From an uncultured Actinomycetota bacterium (GTDB taxonomy: Bacteria; Actinomycetota; Actinomycetes; JAHEKZ01), in NCBI GenBank assembly GCA_963743915.1, contig CAVURN010000005.1, positions 448,001 to 512,000 of the forward strand: 64,000 nt of DNA. Direction: 5' to 3'. A program made the position numbers and the translations under genes. Below the pieces are notes generated by a model. The model was given only the letters and a program-made list of their open reading frames with translations. It had not been told where the DNA came from and did not search any database. Shown here piece by piece: positions 56,603-64,000 of the stretch. The number at the start of each line of letters is the position of its first letter. The first letter of the stretch is position 1.

Positions 56603-58014
56603 TACGGCGTCACCGTGAAGTCGGCCGCAGCCAGGTGCACCGGGCGGTCGTCGCGGAGCAGGTGCACGGTGTAGTCACCCGGGAGCAAGGGCCACATCCC
56701 CGGTCGCAGGCAGGCGTCCAGCACCGCCTCCCCGTCGACCGTCGCACCGGTGTAGACCAGCGCGCGCTGTCTGGCCGCGGCCGGATCAGCGCCCCGGAGG
56801 TGCACCGCGATCCAGTCGGCCCGGTTGCCCGGCGCGCCCCGCCACTGCACCGTGATCGGCTCACCCATCCGGTAGGACGCGGCGTCCGTCCGCAGCAGCG
56901 GCTGGGCCCCCGGTTCCGTCACCCAGAGGGTGGTGCAGGCAAGGTCTCTCCCATCACCGTCCTCGAGCATGACGTCGTGACGCCCGACGCCCAGGCGCGA
57001 CACCTCGAGGGTGACGGCGCCGGCGGACGCGTCCGGAACAGGAAGCTCAGCCACTCTCCCGCCACCGTCGTCGGCCGACACCGAGACGAGGTGCGCGCGC
57101 CCTGCCGGCGCGACGTAGCGGATGTCCACGACCGCGTCGGACTCCACCACGCGGGAAGACACCGACACGACCGGGGACGGCGCCACCGGCGTCAGCGACA
57201 GCTCGGCCACCAGTGCGCGATGGTCGGTCGGCCACGGATCCATCGTGAGGTCGCAGTGCTCCGATCCCCCCTCGCCCATGATGCGGATCGACGACGACTC
57301 GACGTCGCTGCTGACGAACATCAGGTCGATGCGGTCCGACGGTGCACCGTTGAGGTGAGGGTTGTAACCGCTCACGAACGGACGCGCCGCGGGCCAGGTC
57401 AACCCGGGCTTCGCGACGGCGTCCGGATGGTGTCGGCGGTAGACGTCGACGAGTCCCACCGACTCGGTGGCGACGCTGGTCGGCCACGGGACGGACGCGG
57501 TCATGTGCGGCCTTAGTCCGATCGCCTCGGGTGTCCAGTCGCGATGGGACGGCGCGTTGAAGTCACCCAGCAGAACAACCGGAATCCCTTGCTGGACAAG
57601 GGATTCCGCCGCTCTCAGTGACGGAAGAAGCTCGTGCAACCGGGTTCGACACTCGCGCCTCACGACGCGTTCCACATCCGCGACGTGAGCAACCCGGCTG
57701 GGGCCGTAGACGCGCGAGGTGGGGTGCACGTTGATCACGGCGAACACCTCACCGGGAGCTCCCTCGACGAGCACGACACCAGCCGTGGGATCCGGCGGAT
57801 CGAGCAGCGGGTACCGCGAGACGACCTGCGTACGGTTGTCGAAGTACGGCCAGCCGAGCGCCTCGGCGATCGCGGGCATCTGCCCGCAGGCCTCCTGCAC
57901 GGCGACGACGTCGGCGCCGCACTGTTCGATGGCACGCGGCACCGCCGAGAAGTCGACGCCGGTTCCTCCGTACTCGATGTTGAACTGCATCATCGTCAGT
58001 GCCAGCGCTGTCAC
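56602..58014 (-). CDS. Endonuclease/exonuclease/phosphatase family protein with C-terminal beta-sandwich domains
   Basis: FNIEYGG, DVVAVQE, GDFNAPSH, GLTW, DRID, TDHRAL. Confidence 0.88.
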   Translation of the reverse strand: MTALALTMMQFNIEYGGTGVDFSAVPRAIEQCGADVVAVQEACGQMPAIAEALGWPYFDNRTQVVSRYPLLDPPDPTAGVVLVEGAPGEVFAVINVHPTSRVYGPSRVAHVADVERVVRRECRTRLHELLPSLRAAESLVQQGIPVVLLGDFNAPSHRDWTPEAIGLRPHMTASVPWPTSVATESVGLVDVYRRHHPDAVAKPGLTWPAARPFVSGYNPHLNGAPSDRIDLMFVSSDVESSSIRIMGEGGSEHCDLTMDPWPTDHRALVAELSLTPVAPSPVVSVSSRVVESDAVVDIRYVAPAGRAHLVSVSADDGGGRVAELPVPDASAGAVTLEVSRLGVGRHDVMLEDGDGRDLACTTLWVTEPGAQPLLRTDAASYRMGEPITVQWRGAPGNRADWIAVHLRGADPAAARQRALVYTGATVDGEAVLDACLRPGMWPLLPGDYTVHLLRDDRPVHLAAADFTVTP

Positions 58015-58047
58015 AAGGCGACTCCCGTCCACTACAGTCCCCGGACT

Positions 58048-58824
58048 GTGGAGCACCACGCTAGGGGTGAGGATCTCGCCTTCGCACAGCATCTCGCTGA
58101 TCTGGCCGCACAGATCACCCGCAGCGCGTTCGGGGGTCGTCTGCCGGTCGAGCTGAAGTCCGACGCATCGCCGGTGACCGAGATCGACGCCGCCGCCGAG
58201 CAGCGGATGCGCGACGAGATCGCGAGCACCTACCCGGATGACGGCATCCTCGGCGAGGAGGGGGATGCCATCGTTGGCACGAGCGGACGCACCTGGGTGC
58301 TCGACCCGATCGACGGCACCCGCATGTTCGCTGAGGGAATCCCCCTGTGGAGCACGCTGATCGGCCTGCGGGACGACCGTCAGATGGTCGTCGGCGTCGC
58401 GGACGCCCCGGTGCTCGGCGAGCGCTACCACGCGACCCTCGGTGGCGGCGCCTTCTGCAACGGCGACCCGATTGCGGTGTCGGAGGTTGCCACCCTCGCG
58501 GACGCGCTCGTCCTGCATGCACCCCTCGAGGAGTTCATCCGCAAGACCGGCCTGCCCGCCCTCACCCGCGTCTCATCGGAGGCCCGCGTCACCCGAGGCA
58601 TCGGCGACGGCTGGGCCCACCTGCTGGTGGCACGCGGCGCCGCCGACGCGCTGGTCGAACAGGGTCCCTGTTTCGAGTGGGACTGGGCCGCCACCAGCGT
58701 GATCGTCCACGAGGCGGGCGGCCGACTCAGCCGGCTGGAGGGCGGAGAGCCCACTCCCGGATGTCACCTTTTGGTATCCAACGGGCATCTCGATGACGAA
58801 GTGCGCGCCACGCTCCTACCCTGA
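58048..58824 (+). CDS. Inositol monophosphatase family (HisN-like)
   Basis: KSDASPVTEID, ILGEE, WVLDPIDGT, WDWAA...EAGG. Confidence 0.9.
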   Translation: MEHHARGEDLAFAQHLADLAAQITRSAFGGRLPVELKSDASPVTEIDAAAEQRMRDEIASTYPDDGILGEEGDAIVGTSGRTWVLDPIDGTRMFAEGIPLWSTLIGLRDDRQMVVGVADAPVLGERYHATLGGGAFCNGDPIAVSEVATLADALVLHAPLEEFIRKTGLPALTRVSSEARVTRGIGDGWAHLLVARGAADALVEQGPCFEWDWAATSVIVHEAGGRLSRLEGGEPTPGCHLLVSNGHLDDEVRATLLP

Positions 58825-58851
58825 CAAAAGGCCCACCCAGGACAGGAGCTC

Positions 58852-59634
58852 ATGCGCGCCACCCAGTCGGTCGACCGCTTTGCCGATGCCCTCGAGGCCT
58901 TGGCGGACGCCGGTCGCCCGCTTGGCGTCACCGAGCTGGCCGATCACCTCGGGGTGCACAAGGCGACCGCCTCGCGTCTGATGGCCACCATGGAACGGCG
59001 CGGCCTGGTCCGGCGCTCCGCGACCGGCTACTCCCTCGGGCCCGCCCTGGCTCGGCTCGCCGCCACCGCGGTCGCCGAGCTCGAGCTCGTCGCCCTCAGC
59101 CGGCCGGTGCTCAAGGACCTCGTCGAGGTCACCGGTGAAGCGGCGTACCTGTCTGTTCCCTACCGCGGCGCCGTCCTCTACGTCGAACAGGTCACGCCAC
59201 AGGGCGGCGTCGTACCGAACGACTGGACCGGACGCCTCGGCCACTTGCACTGCTCCTCGAGCGGCAAGGTGTTCGCCGCCTTCGGTGCCGTCGACGACCT
59301 CGACGCCCGACTCGCACGCCCACTGCCCACGCTCGCGAGCCGCACCATCACCGATCCCGACGAGTTCCGCCGGCTGCTTCCACTGATCCGCCGGCGCGGC
59401 TATGCGTCGTCCGCGGACGAGTCGGAGACCGGTTCGACGTCGGTGGCCGCGCCCGTCATCGGCTCGCGAGGAGAGGTGCTGGCGGCGATCGGCGTCGGCA
59501 CCTCCACCGCCCGCTGCACCCAGCACCGGCTCAACCAGCTCGGCGCCGCAGCGCAGGCATCGGCCGCCACACTGGCCCGCCGGCTCGGGCCGGTGCACGC
59601 AGTGGTCACCCCGTCGTCACCGGGGGGTCGCTGA
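58852..59634 (+). CDS. IclR-family regulator
   Basis: QSVDR, GVTELADHLGVHKATASRL, TGE, HCSSSGK, SVAAPV. Confidence 0.93.
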   Translation: MRATQSVDRFADALEALADAGRPLGVTELADHLGVHKATASRLMATMERRGLVRRSATGYSLGPALARLAATAVAELELVALSRPVLKDLVEVTGEAAYLSVPYRGAVLYVEQVTPQGGVVPNDWTGRLGHLHCSSSGKVFAAFGAVDDLDARLARPLPTLASRTITDPDEFRRLLPLIRRRGYASSADESETGSTSVAAPVIGSRGEVLAAIGVGTSTARCTQHRLNQLGAAAQASAATLARRLGPVHAVVTPSSPGGR

Positions 59635-59649
59635 ATCGTCATGCGGGCC

Positions 59650-59666
59650 GTTGCCCTCAGGGCAAC
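59650..59666. promoter_or_regulatory. Putative operator palindrome upstream of the ABC operon
   Basis: Perfect GTTGCCCT-C-AGGGCAAC, with a further TTGCCCTC half-copy starting near 59674. Confidence 0.6.
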
Positions 59667-59730
59667 AGTGTCCTTGCCCTCGCGGGTGACGCCCCTAGGC
59701 TCCCCGCGATCGCCCCTCCCGGAGGAACCG

Positions 59731-61518
59731 ATGCATCGAACTGCTGGACGGATCGCTGCGGCGCTGGCCGCGTCCGCCGTGCTGACCGTGAGCCTGCCGC
59801 TCGCAACGTCCCAGGCCGCCGACGGAGGTGACGCGGGTGTGCTGCGCGTCGGTGTGCCGAACGACCTGACCACCGCCAACCCGTTCTCCTTGCGCTCCGG
59901 CAGCGACTGGAACGTGGCGACGATCCAGTACGACATGATGCTGCAGTTCGGCAACGAGGATCTCTCCCCGCAGCCCGGACTCGCCGAGGCGTGCGAGCCG
60001 AACGACGACCTCACCGAGTGGACCTGCACCTTCCGTGACGACGTCACGTGGAGCGACGGCGAGCCCTTCACGTCGAGCGATGTCGCGTTCACCTACCGGC
60101 TGGTGATCGACCAGCCGATCTCCACGTATGCGCAGTACTTCGTCGAGGGGACGACGTTCGAGACGCCCGACGACACCACGCTGATCTGGAAGTCGCCGAC
60201 GCCGACCAGTCAGCCGCTCACGCCGCCGTGGATCTACATCGTTCCTGAGCACATCTGGGACAAGTACGCCGATCTCGACAAGGCCGAGCTCCGAGCGGTC
60301 GAGAACATCCCGTCGGTGACCACTGGCCCCTTCACGCTGACCGAGGTCAACCGAGGCGAGAACTGGACGCTGACGAAGAACCCCAACTACTGGGGTGATG
60401 AGCCGAGCTACGACGAGATCCGCTTCCAGCTGTACACGAACCAGGACGCGATGGCGCAGGCACTCAAGAACGGTGAGATCGACGTCGCCACGTACTTCGA
60501 CTCCTCGCTCCTGCCCTCTCTCGAGAGCGACGAGAACATCACCGTCCAGCGCAACGTGTCGGACTGGTGGCTCAACCTGGCGTTCAACTTCGGCGGTCAG
60601 GGGCCGGACGCCGACCCGCTCCCCGCGCTGCAGGACAAGAACGTCCGCGTGGCGATCGCGATGGCGATCGACAAGCAGGGGATCGTCGAGAAGGCCTTCG
60701 ACGGGGCAGCCGTTCCCGGGACTTCCCTGATCCGACAGGTACCCGCGCAGTGGCACTACGACGTCCCCGAGGACGAGTTGATTCCGTTCGATCCCGACGC
60801 GGCCAACGCGCTGCTCGACGAGAACGGGTACGAGCCAGGGGCGGACGGCGTCCGTGTTGACCCGAACACCGGAGACCGGCTCGCTCTGCGCATGCCGATC
60901 TCCCAGGAGACGGCGGGCGCGCTGGCGTCCGGGCAGCTGATCGTCGGCTACCTCGATCAGATCGGGATCGAGGTGAAGCTCTACCCCGTCAACGAAGGGA
61001 AGATGTACTCGTACTGGAACACCGGCGACTGGGATGCGTACATCTGGTACTGGACGGGTGAGCCCGACCCCAACTACCAGCTCAGCACGTTGATGACCGA
61101 CCAGTGCAAGGAGCTCAGCGACGGCTGCTGGAGCAACCCCGAGTACGACGCGCTCGTCAAGGAGCAGGAGACCATCGTCGACCCGGACGCGAGGCAGGAG
61201 GTCGTCCATCAGGCACTGGCCCTGTCGTACGCCGAGGTGCCGTCGATCGCGCTCGCCTACCCGAACAACATCGAGGCGTACCGCAACGACCTGGTCACCG
61301 ACTTCACCCCGGTGCCGGGCGACAACGGGTACCTCATCCCCAACTACAACAACGTCGGCATGGTCACGGTCCGTCCGGCGGATGCCGGCTCGGGCGGGGG
61401 CGCGGACTCGTCCTCCGGACTCCCGGCGTGGGCATGGGGAGCGATCATCGCCGGCGTCGGTGTCGGCGCCTTCCTGATCTTCCGCCGCGGCAGCCGGTCG
61501 GACGAGGAGGAAGGCTGA
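59731..61518 (+). CDS. Peptide/nickel ABC transporter substrate-binding protein (family 5) with C-terminal TM anchor
   Basis: Signal peptide; PGLAE...WSDGEPFTSSDVAFT, TGPF, NPNYW, VRVAIAMAID; C-terminal TM helix. Confidence 0.92.
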   Translation: MHRTAGRIAAALAASAVLTVSLPLATSQAADGGDAGVLRVGVPNDLTTANPFSLRSGSDWNVATIQYDMMLQFGNEDLSPQPGLAEACEPNDDLTEWTCTFRDDVTWSDGEPFTSSDVAFTYRLVIDQPISTYAQYFVEGTTFETPDDTTLIWKSPTPTSQPLTPPWIYIVPEHIWDKYADLDKAELRAVENIPSVTTGPFTLTEVNRGENWTLTKNPNYWGDEPSYDEIRFQLYTNQDAMAQALKNGEIDVATYFDSSLLPSLESDENITVQRNVSDWWLNLAFNFGGQGPDADPLPALQDKNVRVAIAMAIDKQGIVEKAFDGAAVPGTSLIRQVPAQWHYDVPEDELIPFDPDAANALLDENGYEPGADGVRVDPNTGDRLALRMPISQETAGALASGQLIVGYLDQIGIEVKLYPVNEGKMYSYWNTGDWDAYIWYWTGEPDPNYQLSTLMTDQCKELSDGCWSNPEYDALVKEQETIVDPDARQEVVHQALALSYAEVPSIALAYPNNIEAYRNDLVTDFTPVPGDNGYLIPNYNNVGMVTVRPADAGSGGGADSSSGLPAWAWGAIIAGVGVGAFLIFRRGSRSDEEEG

Positions 61519-61537
61519 CGATGAGCGCCGGAGCCCG

Positions 61538-62509
61538 ATGAGGGCCCGCTACCTCGCGAAGAAGGTGGGGTGGGGCCTGCTCACCCTGCTCTTCGTGCTC
61601 TGCTTCAACTTCTTCCTGTTCCGGATCATGCCGGGCGACCCCGCCGGGCTCCTCGCCCGCAGCCAGCGGCTCACCGAGACGGAGATCGCCGAGCAGCGCG
61701 CGGTCTTCGGGCTCGACCAACCTCTGCTCAGCCAGTTCGTCACGTACCTGAAGGAGACGCTGAGCGGCAACCTCGGGACGTCGTACCTCACCGGCCAGCC
61801 GGTCGTCGACACGATCTCCAGCCGGGTGTGGCCGACCGTACTGCTGGTGGGCGTCGGCACCACGGTGGCCATCGTCCTGGGGCTTGCCATGGGGATCAAG
61901 GGAGCGTGGCGGCGCGGCTCCACCTTCGACCGGTCGAGCCTGTACGGCTCTCTCACGCTCTACTCCACGCCTGAGGGCTGGCTCGGCATGATGCTGCTCA
62001 TCGTCTTCGCCGGGACTCTGGGCTGGTTCCCGGTCGGCGGCTACGACAGCGGCGACGGGTCCACCGGAATGGCGCACATCGCTGACGTCCTCAACCACCT
62101 CGCCCTGCCCGCAGCCACGTTGGCGCTGGGGTACGGCGCGTCCTACATGATCGTCATGCGCTCGTCCCTGCTCGAGGTGAAGGACGAGGACTTCATCGCG
62201 ACAGCGCGTGCCAAGGGCCTGACCGAGACGATGATCCGCCGGCGGCACGCCGTGCCCAACGCCTTCCTGCCCTCGTTCACGCTGATCGTGCTCAGCTTCG
62301 GGTTCGTCATCGGCGGGGCCATCGTGGTCGAGACCGTGTTCTCCTACCCCGGCATCGGCCAGCTGACCTACCAGGCGATCTACGCGTACGACTACCCGGT
62401 GCTGCAGGGCGTCTTTCTCGTCAGCAGCGTCGCTGTCGTCGTCGCGAACCTGATCGCGGACGTGACCTACGGCTTCCTCGACCCGCAGGATCGAGGAGGT
62501 GTGAGGTGA
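61538..62509 (+). CDS. ABC permease (DppB/OppB-like); probable frameshift in the last codons
   Basis: MPGDP, GLDQPL, EAA loop TARAKGL, VETVFSYPGIG, DYPVLQG. Confidence 0.93.
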   Translation: MRARYLAKKVGWGLLTLLFVLCFNFFLFRIMPGDPAGLLARSQRLTETEIAEQRAVFGLDQPLLSQFVTYLKETLSGNLGTSYLTGQPVVDTISSRVWPTVLLVGVGTTVAIVLGLAMGIKGAWRRGSTFDRSSLYGSLTLYSTPEGWLGMMLLIVFAGTLGWFPVGGYDSGDGSTGMAHIADVLNHLALPAATLALGYGASYMIVMRSSLLEVKDEDFIATARAKGLTETMIRRRHAVPNAFLPSFTLIVLSFGFVIGGAIVVETVFSYPGIGQLTYQAIYAYDYPVLQGVFLVSSVAVVVANLIADVTYGFLDPQDRGGVR

Positions 62510-63424
62510 CGTCCACAGCGGAGACCGTGACGCGTCTCACCCCGCCGCCTCGTCTGGCGCCGACGCCGCCACGCGCTCGCCCGGAACTGGGCGCTCTACC
62601 GTCAGAACCGACAGGGCATGGTCGGTCTAGGGGTCATGGTCTTCTTCATCCTGCTCGCTCTGGCGTCCCCGTTGCTCGTTGCGCCTGAAGACATCGAACC
62701 CGCCACCGCGCAGGGCGACCCCAACCATCCCCCGTACGCCGGCTACCCACTGGGCACGGACAACTTCGGACGCTCCGTGCTCGACATGGTGATCGTGGGC
62801 GCCCGCATCTCGCTTCTCGTGGGGATCACGGCGACGATCGTCGCCGTGCTGCTCGGTGCCACGATCGGCGTCATCAGCGGCTACTACGGCGGCACGAAGC
62901 TCGACACCGGGCTCAACGCGCTGACCAACTGGTTCCTGGTGATCCCGTGGCTGGTGCTGGCCATCGTCCTGGCATCGATCCTCGGAGCGAGCGTCTGGAT
63001 CATCATCCTGGTGATCGGCGTGACCTCGTGGGCACAGCCGGCCCGGCTCATTCGGGCACAGGCGCTCAGTGTGCGCGCCCGCCCCTACGTCGAGCGGGCC
63101 CGCGTGCTCGGCTGCGGCGACGTCACCATCGTGTCGCGCCACATCCTGCCGAACGTGGCTCCGGTCATCTTCGCCAACGCCATCCTCACGGTGGCCGTGG
63201 CGATCCTCACCGAGACCACGCTGTCGATCCTCGGTCTCGGGGACGCGACCGCGATCTCGTGGGGCGTGATCATCGAGCAGGCATTCAGCTCAGGTGCCAT
63301 GACCAACGGCTACTGGTGGTGGCTGATGCCACCTGGCATCGCCATCGTCTGCGTCACCCTGGCCTTCACCATGTGCGGCTACGCCCTCGACGAGATCCTC
63401 AACCCCAAGCTCCGCGGCCGCTGA
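62506..63424 (+). CDS. ABC permease (DppC/OppC-like); frameshift near the 5' end
   Basis: LGTDNFGRSV, GARISL, YVERARVLG, RHILPN, SWG, PPG...LNPKLR. Confidence 0.9.
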
Positions 63425-63524
63425 CGCCCGCGCGAACCGCGAAAAGCGTCGATCGAGTCACATTCCGGGTGCCAGAACGGCCTGCTGGTGACTGCGCCGC
63501 TCGGTCAGGCTGTTGGCGCGCCCG

Positions 63525-64000
63525 TCAGGCGGGGACGGCCTCACGCAGCTCGCGCGCGAAGGTGTCGAGGTTGGCGACGAAGCGGTCGACGTCCTCGCGG
63601 GTGTGCTGCACCGACATCGTCCACTGCTCGCACTTGCCCCACGGCGGCAGGAAGACGTGGTTGTTGTGCTGGTACAGCCAGTGCGCATTGCCCCACTGGT
63701 CGTCGTAGTCGAGGAAGTCGCGGTAGTTGCTGAGCGACTCGGTGAAGATGACCGCGCCCTTGCCCCCGAACGCTCGCACGAACCCGGGAAGCTGGTGGCG
63801 CCGGAGCACGTCCTCGCAGCCCTTGACCTGCGCCTCGCGGAGCTCGTCGAGGTGGCGGTAGCCCTCCGGCGTCAGCACCTCCTGCAGCGTCGCACGGGCG
63901 GCCGCCATGGTCAGCGGGTTGCCGTTGAACGTGCCGACCTGCTCGTACGTCCGGTCGGCGATCAGCCCCATGAGCTCGGGGACGCCGCCGATGGCGCCGC
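63525..64000 (-). CDS. Glutamate-1-semialdehyde aminomutase-like class III aminotransferase (3' part only)
   Basis: AIGG...M...GTFNGNPLTMAAARATL...SVQHT..DVD. Confidence 0.8.
   Translation of the reverse strand, partial: GAIGGVPELMGLIADRTYEQVGTFNGNPLTMAAARATLQEVLTPEGYRHLDELREAQVKGCEDVLRRHQLPGFVRAFGGKGAVIFTESLSNYRDFLDYDDQWGNAHWLYQHNNHVFLPPWGKCEQWTMSVQHTREDVDRFVANLDTFARELREAVPA

Overview
High-GC actinobacterial chromosomal segment with about 67 densely packed genes. It contains a recognisable core block resembling the M. tuberculosis Rv0861c-Rv0889c neighbourhood (citA, serC, MarR, DUF2530, DUF3027, DUF2771, cold-shock protein, XPB helicase and its partner), plus pdxH and ideR. Accessory modules include a CstR-type persulfide/sulfur-handling operon with two operator palindromes, a photolyase, a DUF222-HNH endonuclease gene with a LexA box, an orphan ParA with a ribbon-helix-helix partner, and a catabolic island (flavin oxidoreductase, NDP-forming acyl-CoA ligase, EEP and IMPase phosphatases, IclR, peptide ABC transporter without ATPases). 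About nine single-base frameshifts in ordinary genes look like long-read errors. Many genes appear leaderless, and several intergenic REP-like palindromes occur. No rRNA, tRNA, CRISPR array, integrase or transposase was seen. All family assignments are from motif recognition by eye, not database searches. The best candidates for undescribed biology are the DUF222-HNH gene with a structured leader, the DUF3027/sacsin-like GHKL ATPase pair, an MFS-beta-propeller fusion, the ParA-RHH pair, and an RDD protein with 16-aa amphipathic repeats.
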